Shown: positions 25,794 to 34,611, counted from the first letter of the stretch. The stretch is 62,731 nucleotides of DNA from Candidatus Kaiserbacteria bacterium (GCA_028820405.1 JAPPJI010000001.1:1-62731); one strand, 5' to 3'. Notes: generated from the sequence alone by a model not told the origin. Numbers and translations: made by a program.

Positions 25794-26480
25794 CTACCGT
25801 ACTTCAGCGACCAGTGCCGTTATCCGGCTGAGAAAATCATCGTAATTGTTCGCATAGGAGATGCCGATCGGTCTCCCGTTGTAGACAACGACAATGTAGG
25901 GGGTTCCCTGGGCACCGAGTTGCCATCCCTCTTTACTGTCCTCACGAACTTTGTTGTGAATAACAGAATCTCTGATAACACAAGATTGGAAGTCCTGTAA
26001 CGAGACGCCGAGTGATGCAACCTTCTGTTCAATTGCCCGATCCGTGCCTTGATCATGTCTGTCGTCATAGAGGTACTTCGCAAAAGCGGTGTACGCTTCG
26101 TCTCCCCCATGTTTGCCAACGCACTCAGCGGCAACCGCCAGGTCAAACGACTGTTTCGCGGTATCAGGGAAAAGGTGTCGAGAGACAAGCATTACCGGTT
26201 TTTCAGTAACAAGCCGGTCAAGCGTATCTTGCATTGCGGCACACATCAGGCATTCAAAGTCTGAGTATTCAATGAGGGCGATGGGGGAAGACCGGTCTCC
26301 CCGAACATGATCAGTTGACCGTACATCAGTTAGCCCGACAAGCGTGTATTGGGAATCAATAACCCCGAGGGTTGCAATTCCCCGCTTCACAAACTGGACG
26401 GATGGGTGCTCAACGGCAATAAGAGACACAAAAAGTATGGCAATGGCAATGGCAATACTTACCTTTCGCCTCCGGTTCAT
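25794..26480 (-). CDS. membrane-anchored DsbA-like thioredoxin-fold oxidoreductase (paralog)
   Basis: N-terminal TM helix, ALIEYSDFECLMCAAMQ (CxxC) and VSRHLFP. Confidence 0.75.
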   Translation of the reverse strand: MNRRRKVSIAIAIAILFVSLIAVEHPSVQFVKRGIATLGVIDSQYTLVGLTDVRSTDHVRGDRSSPIALIEYSDFECLMCAAMQDTLDRLVTEKPVMLVSRHLFPDTAKQSFDLAVAAECVGKHGGDEAYTAFAKYLYDDRHDQGTDRAIEQKVASLGVSLQDFQSCVIRDSVIHNKVREDSKEGWQLGAQGTPYIVVVYNGRPIGISYANNYDDFLSRITALVAEVR

Positions 26481-26504
26481 CTGTCCTAGTATAACGCAAA
26501 CAAA

Positions 26505-26513
26505 TGGTATACA
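26505..26513 (+). promoter_or_regulatory. extended -10 TGgTATACA upstream of infC
   Basis: Read directly on the plus strand. It lies 10 nt before in-frame ATA 26524. Confidence 0.4.
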
Positions 26514-26523
26514 CTGTGGGCAT

Positions 26524-27075
26524 ATAAGAAGAGGAGCAAGAAAACCGCCACAGCCAAAGGTTCGTGTGAATGAGGATATTCGTTCACGAGAGGTTCGGCT
26601 TATTGACGCTGAAGGAAAGAACGTCGGCGTTGTCCCACTGAAGGAGGCCTTGGTAGCGGCAGCAAAAGAACATCTTGATCTGGTGGAAATAACGGGACGA
26701 TCGAGTCCTCCCGTTGTCCGTATCGCTGACTACGGTAAGTATCAGTACGAACAGAATAAATTGAAAAAGAAGTGGTCAGAGCAGGATCGTGAGCGAGGGA
26801 AAAAACGCGTTGAGGAGACGAAACATACGCAGATTAAGCCGGGGACGAGTGGCGACACGCTTGAGCTGCGAATTCGAAAAATACGGGATTGGCTTGACAA
26901 CGGCAGTAATGTGCAGGTTGACCTCTACCTCTTCGGTCGATACAAGGGTATGGATGAGACATTTTTGAAAGAAAAGCTGAACACTTTTGTTGAGCAAATT
27001 CCCGGGGATGTGAAACGGGTTAACGATATTCAAAAGAGTGCCAAAGGGTTTTCGGTAACACTGCGAGCATCGTAG
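26524..27075 (+). CDS. infC: translation initiation factor IF-3 (start codon uncertain, probably non-canonical)
   Basis: Motifs RVNEDIRSREVRLIDAEGKNVGVV, LDLVEI, PPVVRIADYGKYQYE and a C-terminal domain. Track start ATG 26344 would overlap divergent dsbA by 137 nt. Candidate starts are ATA 26524, or GTG 26566 preceded by AAAGG. Confidence 0.85.
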   Translation: MRRGARKPPQPKVRVNEDIRSREVRLIDAEGKNVGVVPLKEALVAAAKEHLDLVEITGRSSPPVVRIADYGKYQYEQNKLKKKWSEQDRERGKKRVEETKHTQIKPGTSGDTLELRIRKIRDWLDNGSNVQVDLYLFGRYKGMDETFLKEKLNTFVEQIPGDVKRVNDIQKSAKGFSVTLRAS

Positions 27076-27098
27076 ATATCCTGCAGACAGCCTTTTTG

Positions 27099-27107
27099 TG
27101 ATATACT
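27099..27107 (+). promoter_or_regulatory. extended -10 TGaTATACT 7 nt upstream of rpmI ATG (leaderless)
   Basis: Read directly on the plus strand. There is no SD. Confidence 0.5.
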
Positions 27108-27114
27108 CTACCCC

Positions 27115-27303
27115 ATGAGCACAAAGACGAACAAAGCGATTTTATCCCGTGTTCGGGTCACAAAAAAGAGAAAACTGGAGGTATCCGGAAAAGGACGGGG
27201 TCACTTTAATGCAAAACAGAAGCAGTCGAAAAAGCTCGGGCAAAAACGGAAGCGAACTATGACACTTTCTGCAAAAGTTCGGCAACGATACTTAGTTTCA
27301 TAA
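27115..27303 (+). CDS. rpmI: 50S ribosomal protein L35
   Basis: 62-aa basic protein MSTKTNKAILSRVRVTKKRKL... in the conserved infC-rpmI-rplT order. Confidence 0.85.
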   Translation: MSTKTNKAILSRVRVTKKRKLEVSGKGRGHFNAKQKQSKKLGQKRKRTMTLSAKVRQRYLVS

Positions 27304-27309
27304 CGGCAT

Positions 27310-27675
27310 ATGGTACGAATAAAACGAGGTACAATATCACTTAAATCAAGAAAATCCCTCCTAAAAAAGGTGAAGGGGTATCGTTGGGGTCGATCAAAAA
27401 AGGAACGGCAGGCACGAGAAGCACTCTTTCATGCCGCTTCCTATGCCTTCGCCCACCGAAGAAAGAAGAAGGGTGATTTTCGAAAACTGTGGACGACACG
27501 CATTTCTGCAGCATTGAGACCGCACAACCTCTCATACAGTGCACTCATACACCAGCTTAAACAGCATGATGCTCACCTGAATCGAAAGATGCTCGCACAG
27601 CTCGCACAGCAACATCAGGATGTCTTTGATCGAGTTGTTAAACAGGTTGCATCATCAGAGGCGGCGAAGAAGTAG
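27310..27675 (+). CDS. rplT: 50S ribosomal protein L20
   Basis: Sequence MVRIKRGTISLKSRKSLLKKVKGYRWGRSK...RRKKKGDFRKLWTTRISAA. Confidence 0.9.
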   Translation: MVRIKRGTISLKSRKSLLKKVKGYRWGRSKKERQAREALFHAASYAFAHRRKKKGDFRKLWTTRISAALRPHNLSYSALIHQLKQHDAHLNRKMLAQLAQQHQDVFDRVVKQVASSEAAKK

Positions 27676-27996
27676 TCGAGCCGTTGCGACACCGGCTACA
27701 CCAATGAGGATGTCACTCGCCGTGTCGGTGACATACGGGATACCTTCAGCCGGGATACGAATGATAAACACCTCAAAGAGCTCCCAGCAGGTAATTGCAA
27801 TAAAGGAACTGACAGCGAAAAGGAGTGGTCGCTGTGCAAAAAAGAAAAACAAAAAGGCTCCAATCACAAAGCCGCCGATACCGTGTACCAGGAGGTCAAA
27901 CCAGTTAATAGTCCAATAGAGGAAGAGGGATGTGCCAGTGGTATGCAAAACAAGCATGACACATGCCGCAAACAAAGTAATGATGAGGACCCGCAT
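27655..27996 (-). CDS. small integral membrane protein (113 aa; alternative start 28029)
   Basis: Three to four hydrophobic helices (MRVLIITLFAACVMLVLH..., LVHGIGGFVIGAFLFFFF...). The track ORF upstream part overlaps ndk out of frame, so it was trimmed. Its 3' end overlaps rplT convergently by 21 nt. Confidence 0.5.
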   Translation of the reverse strand: MRVLIITLFAACVMLVLHTTGTSLFLYWTINWFDLLVHGIGGFVIGAFLFFFFAQRPLLFAVSSFIAITCWELFEVFIIRIPAEGIPYVTDTASDILIGVAGVATARLLLRRL

Positions 27997-28015
27997 TCGT
28001 CGGCGATAGTTGTCA

Positions 28016-28612
28016 TCAATCAAGATCATTGTCAAAATTAACGTCGTATAAAATGTGTTCGTATACCGTCTGATACGACACGATTTCATCTGAGGTGAAC
28101 CAAATTGCAATTTCCCGTTCCGCTTCTTCGGGAGTTCCGGATGCATGAATAGCATTTCTGATTGCCCGACCGCTGCCGTCGGCAAGCTGGTACGAGTCAA
28201 GAACAAAATCACCCCGTATCGTACCAACATCAGAGGAGAGCGGTTCCGTACTTCCTACCAACTTTCTCACCAGCGGCACCGCACCGGCACCCTCAAGAAT
28301 CATAACTATAATTGGTCCTGCGGTCATAAACCGTTTCAACTGCTGTAATACAGCGTCACCAAGCTCTTCAGCCGTCTTACCGTCTGATTCGCCGCCTTTG
28401 TTTTCCAAAATCTTTTTACCGACCTGTTCTCGCCACGTTGGCTCAGCGAGGTAGTGCTGTTCAACCATGTCAGCGTCAGCAACAACCATCTTGAGGGCAG
28501 TAAGTTTCAAACCGACTCGCTCAAACCGTCTGATAATTTCACCGACGAGGGCACGCTGAATCGAGTCAGGTTTGAGGATAACGAGTGTTCGCTGTCGTCG
28601 TATATCATCCAT
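28016..28612 (-). CDS. ndk: nucleoside-diphosphate kinase (198 aa, with internal insertions and a C-terminal extension)
   Basis: Motifs RTLVILKPDSIQRALVGEIIRRFE, GPIIVMILEG, GTIRGDF and the active-site His context RNAIHASG. Confidence 0.85.
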   Translation of the reverse strand: MDDIRRQRTLVILKPDSIQRALVGEIIRRFERVGLKLTALKMVVADADMVEQHYLAEPTWREQVGKKILENKGGESDGKTAEELGDAVLQQLKRFMTAGPIIVMILEGAGAVPLVRKLVGSTEPLSSDVGTIRGDFVLDSYQLADGSGRAIRNAIHASGTPEEAEREIAIWFTSDEIVSYQTVYEHILYDVNFDNDLD

Positions 28613-28620
28613 ACGCCCCT

Positions 28621-28629
28621 AGTCTACCA
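28621..28629 (-). promoter_or_regulatory. extended -10 TGgTAGACT 8 nt upstream of ndk ATG (leaderless)
   Basis: The reverse complement of 28621..28629 is TGGTAGACT. It overlaps the map stop codon. Confidence 0.45.
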
Positions 28630-29397
28630 CAACGGACCAGTTATTATCTCAGGCGCTTTGTCACCCTGCACAATAACCGTGTGTTCAAAATGTGCGGACA
28701 AACTGCCGTCAGCGGTCTCAATAGTAAATCCGTCATCACTTGTCACGACCCGTGGATCCTTCCCTGAGAAAAATATCGGCTCAATGGCAACCACCTGCCC
28801 TTCTTGCAGCTGCACACCTTTTGTGCCGCCAATATTCGGTATAAACGGATCTTCATGCTGTGCTGCGCCGACACCGTGACCACCCAGCTCGGGCGGAACG
28901 GTAAAATTGTACTCCCTTGCAGTACCTTCAACAGCAGATCCGATAGCATCGGTTGTTGAACCGCTATGTACAAACATCATGGCGTACCCTGAAGCCTTCC
29001 GCGTTGCATCAACAAGTTTCCGTGCTTCAGGACTGCCGGCACCGATGATAGTCGTGCACGCAGTATCAACATAGACACCTTGATATATCAGACCGCAGTC
29101 GAGTGAGACAACGTCACCATCTTTGAGCACCTTCTCTCGATGGGGGATACCGTGAACGACTTCATTGTTTACCGACACACACAGCGTTGCCGGAAATGCT
29201 CGGGATGATCCGCCCGGTTTGTAATTGAGAAATGACGGTTGACAGTCACGTGCTGTGATCTCTTTGTTCGCAAGACTGTCAAGGTCTGCCGCCGACACCC
29301 CTGCCCTGCTCTCTGCGATAACGGCGTCAAGGACAGAGCGGAGATGTTTGCCGGCGGATCGAAAGACCTCCCGCTCCTCGTCTGTTGTGATAATCAT
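28624..29397 (-). CDS. map: type I methionine aminopeptidase
   Basis: Motifs VVHGIPH, GDVVSLDCGLIYQGVYVDTACT, GGHGVG and IEP. Confidence 0.9.
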   Translation of the reverse strand: MIITTDEEREVFRSAGKHLRSVLDAVIAESRAGVSAADLDSLANKEITARDCQPSFLNYKPGGSSRAFPATLCVSVNNEVVHGIPHREKVLKDGDVVSLDCGLIYQGVYVDTACTTIIGAGSPEARKLVDATRKASGYAMMFVHSGSTTDAIGSAVEGTAREYNFTVPPELGGHGVGAAQHEDPFIPNIGGTKGVQLQEGQVVAIEPIFFSGKDPRVVTSDDGFTIETADGSLSAHFEHTVIVQGDKAPEIITGPLW

Positions 29398-29984
29398 ATG
29401 GTAATGAACGGTTTGACTCGCTCGTGTACTTCTTCAACCGTCCCGACACCGTCAATATCACAAAAATGCACATGTTCGTGATCACGAAGATATTTGATAG
29501 ATGCTGCCGTTCCTTCTATCTCATCGTTATACAGAGCGATACGGTCACGAATAACCTCTTCTCGATCATCTTCACGACCGCGTTTAAGGAGACGCTTGAT
29601 CACCTCGTCATCAGGAACGTCCAAAAGAAAAATGTTAACATGCATGCCTTCCAAAAAGAGGAGGAGTTCGACGAGAATTTGTGCTTCAAGCGGTTTCCTC
29701 CCCGCACCATCGATAACGATATGCTCAAATGATGCCGTTGTTTTCGTCAGAGCATTCACCCACATTGTGATTGGGAAAGCAGACGGAACGAGACCGCCTT
29801 GGGACATGACGTCACCAAGACGTCTTGTTATCATAGTATCCGACGATTTGACGTGGTCACGAAGCAGTTGCCCTGTTTCAATTGAAACCCACTCCGATTT
29901 ACGCTCTGTCAGCAGTGACTCAACAAGATCCCGCTGGGTCCCTTTTCCAGAACCCGGGGGACCAAAGAAGAGATATGATTTCAT
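29394..29984 (-). CDS. adk: adenylate kinase
   Basis: Start MKSYLFFGPPGSGKGTQ at ATG 29984, with an ATGA overlap with map. In the conserved secY-adk-map order. Confidence 0.85.
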   Translation of the reverse strand: MKSYLFFGPPGSGKGTQRDLVESLLTERKSEWVSIETGQLLRDHVKSSDTMITRRLGDVMSQGGLVPSAFPITMWVNALTKTTASFEHIVIDGAGRKPLEAQILVELLLFLEGMHVNIFLLDVPDDEVIKRLLKRGREDDREEVIRDRIALYNDEIEGTAASIKYLRDHEHVHFCDIDGVGTVEEVHERVKPFITI

Positions 29985-29990
29985 AGCCAC

Positions 29991-29999
29991 ACTATACCA
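29991..29999 (-). promoter_or_regulatory. extended -10 TGgTATAGT 6 nt upstream of adk ATG
   Basis: The reverse complement of 29991..29999 is TGGTATAGT. Confidence 0.4.
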
Positions 30000-30008
30000 C
30001 ACGAGGTA

Positions 30009-31286
30009 TTACGCCATCTCCAGCGTATCCCGAACACGTGCAGTTATTTTGCGGTACACATCAAGAACAACATGGACAACAATAAGAGCACCGGTACCCC
30101 CTATCGCAAAGATAAAGGTTCCTGCTGTTGATCCGGTAATAACGAAGGGGAGGGCGGCGATTGCGGCGAGGAATATTGCGGCATAAAAGATAATGCGCAC
30201 AAGCACGGTACCAAAATATGACTCTGTCTCCTCACCGGGGCGAACGCCGGGGATAAAAGCACCCTGTTTCTGCAGATTGTCCGAGATCTTTTTCGTATTG
30301 AAAATGATCGGCGTGTGGAAGTATGTAAAGAACACGGTAGCAAGAGCAACAACGAGTGCATACGGGTACCCTTGTGCAAGTTGTTCGGTAACAAAGAGAC
30401 CGATCGGTTGTAGTACTGCAACGTTAGCCTCACTCAGATATCGAAAAATATATTGGAAAAACATCGCGACCGTAATAGAAAAAATAACAGGGAGTACACC
30501 AGCCGGGTTTACCTTCACCGGGACATACGTTTCAACCCGCCGATCATGTGCACCGTGTCCGATGCCATATCGGGCATAGGTAATGGGTACGGGACGATCG
30601 GCTTCGTTCATCCATACCGCAACCATACAGCCAATTACAATGCCAATAAACCCAAGAGCATAGGAGAGCAGGAGATCAGGTGAATAGGTTGCGGTTACCT
30701 GTGTTATCAGCGTTGGAATATTTACAACAATACCGGCAAAGATGATCATGGAAATACCGTTCCCGATACCAAACTCGGTCATGAGTTCACCGATCCACAT
30801 ACTGAGCATGCAGCCGGTAACAATGAGGAGGATAGTCATTGCCATGTCAGGAATCGGCATGCTCGGAATGACACCCTGAGATTGAAAATAGAGCAAAATA
30901 CCGCCGGCATTCAGTGCAGCAACAGGAACAGTTGCAATACGACTCCACTGTCCGATTTTCCGACGACCGACATCCCCTTCTTCGTGATAGAGTGAGTGCA
31001 GCCGAGGAGAGACAGATGTGAGAAGCTGCACAACAATGGAAACGGTGATGTACGGAAAGACTCCCAGCATTGCAATAGAAAAATTCGAAAGCCCGCCGCC
31101 GGAAAAGAGGTTAAACACGCCAAGAATTTGGTTTTGGTAGAGAAGTGACGTCAGTGCCGCTTCACTAATCTGCGGGATCGGAATAGATGTCAGGAGGCGA
31201 AACACCAAAAGACCGACAATGACAGCAAGAAACCGCTTCAAAAGAACGGTATCGGTCAAACATGCTTTAAATGCCTTCGTTGACAT
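30009..31286 (-). CDS. secY: preprotein translocase subunit SecY
   Basis: Ten-TM SecY pattern. Start trimmed to ATG 31286 (MSTKAFKA...LKRFLAVIVGLLVFRLLTSIPIP), because the track extension overlaps rplO. Confidence 0.92.
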   Translation of the reverse strand: MSTKAFKACLTDTVLLKRFLAVIVGLLVFRLLTSIPIPQISEAALTSLLYQNQILGVFNLFSGGGLSNFSIAMLGVFPYITVSIVVQLLTSVSPRLHSLYHEEGDVGRRKIGQWSRIATVPVAALNAGGILLYFQSQGVIPSMPIPDMAMTILLIVTGCMLSMWIGELMTEFGIGNGISMIIFAGIVVNIPTLITQVTATYSPDLLLSYALGFIGIVIGCMVAVWMNEADRPVPITYARYGIGHGAHDRRVETYVPVKVNPAGVLPVIFSITVAMFFQYIFRYLSEANVAVLQPIGLFVTEQLAQGYPYALVVALATVFFTYFHTPIIFNTKKISDNLQKQGAFIPGVRPGEETESYFGTVLVRIIFYAAIFLAAIAALPFVITGSTAGTFIFAIGGTGALIVVHVVLDVYRKITARVRDTLEMA

Positions 31287-31293
31287 AGTGCTA

Positions 31294-31731
31294 TCAGTGT
31301 ACCGCACCGCCAGCTTCCTCGATGTGTTTCTGTGCAGATGCTGAGACACGACAGCGACGAATCGTGACCGAGTGTGACAGGTCTCCTCGGCTGACAATCG
31401 AAACACGAGGTTCACGACCTCGAACACGTCCGATGATTCGACGGGTAATGAGCTCCTTCGGTGTTACGGTTTCACCGTTTGAAAAGTTTCTGTCAATCAT
31501 CTGCAAGGTAATGACTCGCTCACCACGGTCTCCTCGAATTCCTCGTGCACGATTACGATTATGTCCGCGACGTTTCGGGATCCGTTGCAGTTCGTCTCGA
31601 ATTGCCGGTCGGATTCGGCGACCCGCTCGCGATCGCTGCCCTTTATCGCCCCGACCGGATTTTCTCCCGCGAACACCGCCACGACCGATTCGCTTTTTCT
31701 TTCTTGTGCGTGTTGCAAGTGTATGAAGCAT
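31294..31731 (-). CDS. rplO: 50S ribosomal protein L15
   Basis: Motif KKKRIGRGGVRGRKSGRGDKGQ. ATG at 31731 (track start 31737 is a TTG). Confidence 0.88.
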   Translation of the reverse strand: MLHTLATRTRKKKRIGRGGVRGRKSGRGDKGQRSRAGRRIRPAIRDELQRIPKRRGHNRNRARGIRGDRGERVITLQMIDRNFSNGETVTPKELITRRIIGRVRGREPRVSIVSRGDLSHSVTIRRCRVSASAQKHIEEAGGAVH

Positions 31732-31747
31732 AGACAATGGTTAATGG

Positions 31748-32338
31748 TTACGACCGCATCGTTGTGAATGCACGAATTGTTGCCCGGGCATTGTTGAGGT
31801 GGTTCTTGCTTCGTGAATGAATTTTCGCGTTGATTTTTTGAATACCGGCGAGTTCAACAACCGTCCGAACAGCACCTCCTGCAACAAAGCCTTTTGCCGG
31901 TCGAAGGTGTACCAGTGACGCACAATACTTACCGGATGCTTCACTCGGGATTCCTTTCTCTTCTGTTAACGGGACATCAACGACCCATCGTTGTGCCTGA
32001 TACCGTGCCTTCTCTATAGCAGTTGCCATGTCAGGACCGTTGCCGGTACCGATACCAACCTTCCCTTTTTCGTTACCGACCGCCACTGCAACACTCAAAC
32101 TGAAACGGCGACCACCGGCGACCACACGAGATACACGACGAACGGAGAGCACGCGGGATTCAAACTCGGACTTCACCCGCTCACGTCGCTTTGACCGGCT
32201 GAACGGTGACGGACGTGACTTTCTTCCACGACCACCGTCGTTTCCTCGACCGTTTCTCTGCCCCCTCATTTCAGGCTTAGCATCTCCTTGATTTCTCTCT
32301 TCACCCTGTTTCTGCTGTTTTGTTTCTTCTTCAGTCAT
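31748..32338 (-). CDS. rpsE: 30S ribosomal protein S5
   Basis: Sequence VLSVRRVSRVVAGGRRFSLSVAVAVGNEKGKVGIGTG with a Gly/Arg-rich N-terminal extension. Only 16 nt separate it from rplO, so there is no room for L30. Confidence 0.9.
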   Translation of the reverse strand: MTEEETKQQKQGEERNQGDAKPEMRGQRNGRGNDGGRGRKSRPSPFSRSKRRERVKSEFESRVLSVRRVSRVVAGGRRFSLSVAVAVGNEKGKVGIGTGNGPDMATAIEKARYQAQRWVVDVPLTEEKGIPSEASGKYCASLVHLRPAKGFVAGGAVRTVVELAGIQKINAKIHSRSKNHLNNARATIRAFTTMRS

Positions 32339-32343
32339 AGTAG

Positions 32344-32691
32344 TTAAAATTGTACACCGCCAGAGCGGACAGCATCAGCAAAAGCTTTCACCGAACCGGT
32401 ATACGGAAACCCGCCCCGGTCAAAGACAACATGTTGCACACCGTTTTCAGATGCCCACTTCGCCACAAGACCGCCAATCTCTTCTGACTGTTGGAGTGCA
32501 CCTTTCCCTTGACCTTTCAGTGATGACGTGCCCATAAGGGTTTTCTGTACACCGTCGTCAATAATCTGTGCGTACACGTTTTTGTTTGATCGAAAAAATG
32601 CAAGTCGCGGTCGATCTGCCGTTCCTGAGATTTTTGCACGAACTCGTCGTTTCCGCTGATCTCGTCGTTCTTTTTTTCCTCCTTGCTTCAT
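32344..32691 (-). CDS. rplR: 50S ribosomal protein L18
   Basis: Start at ATG 32691: MKQGGKKERRDQRKRRVRAKISGTADRPRLAFFRSNKNVYAQIID. Confidence 0.88.
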   Translation of the reverse strand: MKQGGKKERRDQRKRRVRAKISGTADRPRLAFFRSNKNVYAQIIDDGVQKTLMGTSSLKGQGKGALQQSEEIGGLVAKWASENGVQHVVFDRGGFPYTGSVKAFADAVRSGGVQF

Positions 32692-32707
32692 AGGTAAAAT
32701 AAATAGG

Positions 32708-33250
32708 TTACGCAGTGGCTTCAGCACGCTTTCCTTGCTTTCGTCGAACATACTCGTCAACATATCGAATCCCCTTTCCTTTGTACGGCTCAGGTTTTCG
32801 CACCTGACGAATGTGTGATGCAAACAAACCGACTAACTCTTTATCTGATCCGGTGACGCTGATGACAGCGTCATTTACCGCAACCTGCAGCCCTTCCGGA
32901 ATATCCAGCTCAACAGGGTGTGAGAACCCGACTGTTAAGACGAGTTTCGTCCCTTTTACCTCAGCCCGGTATCCGACACCGATAATTTCAAGATCTTTCT
33001 TGTATCCTTCGGTGACACCGATAATCATATTTTTCGCATGAGAAGAGAAGGTCCCCCACAAACTTCTCCCGAGACGGGTGTTCTTTGCTAATCCTGCGGT
33101 TAGCGTTTCTCCGTCAACGGAAAACGTAACTTCATCCCGAACCGGTCGTGAAAGCTCCCCCTTCGGTCCTTTTACCGTCAACTGCTGATCTGCAAAAGAT
33201 ACCTCAACCCCGCTCGGAATTGTTATGACTTGTTTTCCAATCCTTGACAT
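32708..33250 (-). CDS. rplF: 50S ribosomal protein L6
   Basis: Sequence MSRIGKQVITIPSGVEV...LTVKGPKGEL...GVGYRA. Confidence 0.9.
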   Translation of the reverse strand: MSRIGKQVITIPSGVEVSFADQQLTVKGPKGELSRPVRDEVTFSVDGETLTAGLAKNTRLGRSLWGTFSSHAKNMIIGVTEGYKKDLEIIGVGYRAEVKGTKLVLTVGFSHPVELDIPEGLQVAVNDAVISVTGSDKELVGLFASHIRQVRKPEPYKGKGIRYVDEYVRRKQGKRAEATA

Positions 33251-33256
33251 ACACGT

Positions 33257-33652
33257 TTACCACAATGAGAAGAGTACTTCACCCCCAACCTGATCTTTCC
33301 TTGCTTCACTTCCTGTCAATATTCCCTTCGGCGTTGAAAGGAAGAGGGTTCCGTATCCGTTTCTGACCGGTTTAATATCACGAAAACCAAGGTATACCCG
33401 GCGACCTGGCTTTGAAATCCTTTTAACGCCATGGATACGGTGTTCACCTCCTTCGCCATACTGCAAGGTGATGATAAGCTGCTTCTTCGGTCCGTGACCG
33501 TCTGTCGTTACATCAGCAACATATCCTGCGGTTCGCATCTTCTGTGCCACACTATTCCTCATTTTTGAATAGGAGACGGTAACCGTTTCACCACGAACCA
33601 TTCCACCATTTTTTATTCGGACGATCAAATCCGCAATGCCGTCCATTACCAT
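33257..33652 (-). CDS. rpsH: 30S ribosomal protein S8 (alternative start 33646 in a TAATG overlap with rpsN)
   Basis: Sequence [13 protein letters not shown]...GGEVLFSLW. Confidence 0.9.
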   Translation of the reverse strand: MVMDGIADLIVRIKNGGMVRGETVTVSYSKMRNSVAQKMRTAGYVADVTTDGHGPKKQLIITLQYGEGGEHRIHGVKRISKPGRRVYLGFRDIKPVRNGYGTLFLSTPKGILTGSEARKDQVGGEVLFSLW

Positions 33653-33915
33653 GATGATTTTCGTAAACCCGGTACGTGTCCTTTTGCCGCCTGTTCACGG
33701 AGACAAATACGCGACATACCGAACTGCCGAAGATAGCCTCGTGACCGACCGGTGATGAAACACCGGTTTCTAATCCGAACAGGACAAGAATTCCTCGGTA
33801 ATTTTTGCAAACCCTCCCAGTCACCACGCTCTTTTAACTCGGTGCGTTTTTTTGCGTATTTCTCCGCAAGTCGCATTCTTTTTTCATTTCGTGCAATGAG
33901 TGACTTTCTTGCCAT
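33646..33915 (-). CDS. rpsN: 30S ribosomal protein S14 (long, non-zinc form)
   Basis: Sequence [13 protein letters not shown]...[26 protein letters not shown]...GLRKSSW. ATG at 33915. Confidence 0.88.
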   Translation of the reverse strand: MARKSLIARNEKRMRLAEKYAKKRTELKERGDWEGLQKLPRNSCPVRIRNRCFITGRSRGYLRQFGMSRICLREQAAKGHVPGLRKSSW

Positions 33916-34050
33916 ATACAACTACGTAGACCAGACACGCCATATCGGGCATGCTCTATGGTCAAAAGATATAGTAGCATTGCTTCGGTGCATTCCACAA
34001 GTCGGTGCAATACGAGCATGTTTTCGCATAATGTCAACCAATTTCATACC

Positions 34051-34608
34051 CTAGTTACTATCATTTTTCTCGTTGGTAAACGGAACACCGAGATGCTCAA
34101 AAAAAGCAATTGCCTCGTCATGGTTCGATGCTGACGTCACCACCGTCACCGCAAGACTGAACACATCCTGCAGGTTTTCATCAGGTGTCTCAGGAAAAAT
34201 CGTATGTTCTTTTATACCAATTGTCAGATTCCCCATCTCGTCAACAGAGGTACGAGAGATACCGCGAAAGTCTCGCATGCGAGGAATTGCAACATGGATC
34301 AGTCGATCAAAAAAATAGAGCATGCGTTTCCCCCTCAGTGTTGCGGCAAACCCGATAACTTCACCTTCCCGCAGCTTAAACGATGCGATAGACTGCCGAG
34401 CTTTCCTCGGTGACGGCTTTTGACCGGTTATCTTCGCGAGACGGTCCTGGATGAGCTCAACACGCTGACCGTCTTTCCTCACCCGACCGATACCGGTGGA
34501 AACAATGATTTTCTCAATCTTTGACGCCTGCATGGTATTCTTCCAGGAAAATGCATCCTTCAATGACGTAAATGTTTCATTTAATTTTGTTTCTGTCTTT
34601 GTTTTCAT
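34051..34608 (-). CDS. rplE: 50S ribosomal protein L5
   Basis: Sequence QKPSPRKARQSIASFKLREGEVIGFAATLRG..M..F.DRLI with the spc-operon position. Confidence 0.9.
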   Translation of the reverse strand: MKTKTETKLNETFTSLKDAFSWKNTMQASKIEKIIVSTGIGRVRKDGQRVELIQDRLAKITGQKPSPRKARQSIASFKLREGEVIGFAATLRGKRMLYFFDRLIHVAIPRMRDFRGISRTSVDEMGNLTIGIKEHTIFPETPDENLQDVFSLAVTVVTSASNHDEAIAFFEHLGVPFTNEKNDSN

Positions 34609-34611
34609 ACG

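Noticed and set aside
29494-30186. 230-aa plus-strand ORF spanning the adk/secY junction; similar long antisense ORFs at 34496..35158, 34900..35589, 36586..37290, 41009..41572 and 13661..14203
   Set aside because: Each lies opposite conserved ribosomal, translation or parB genes. Their composition is biased (Ser/Arg/Pro-rich) and no motifs are present.
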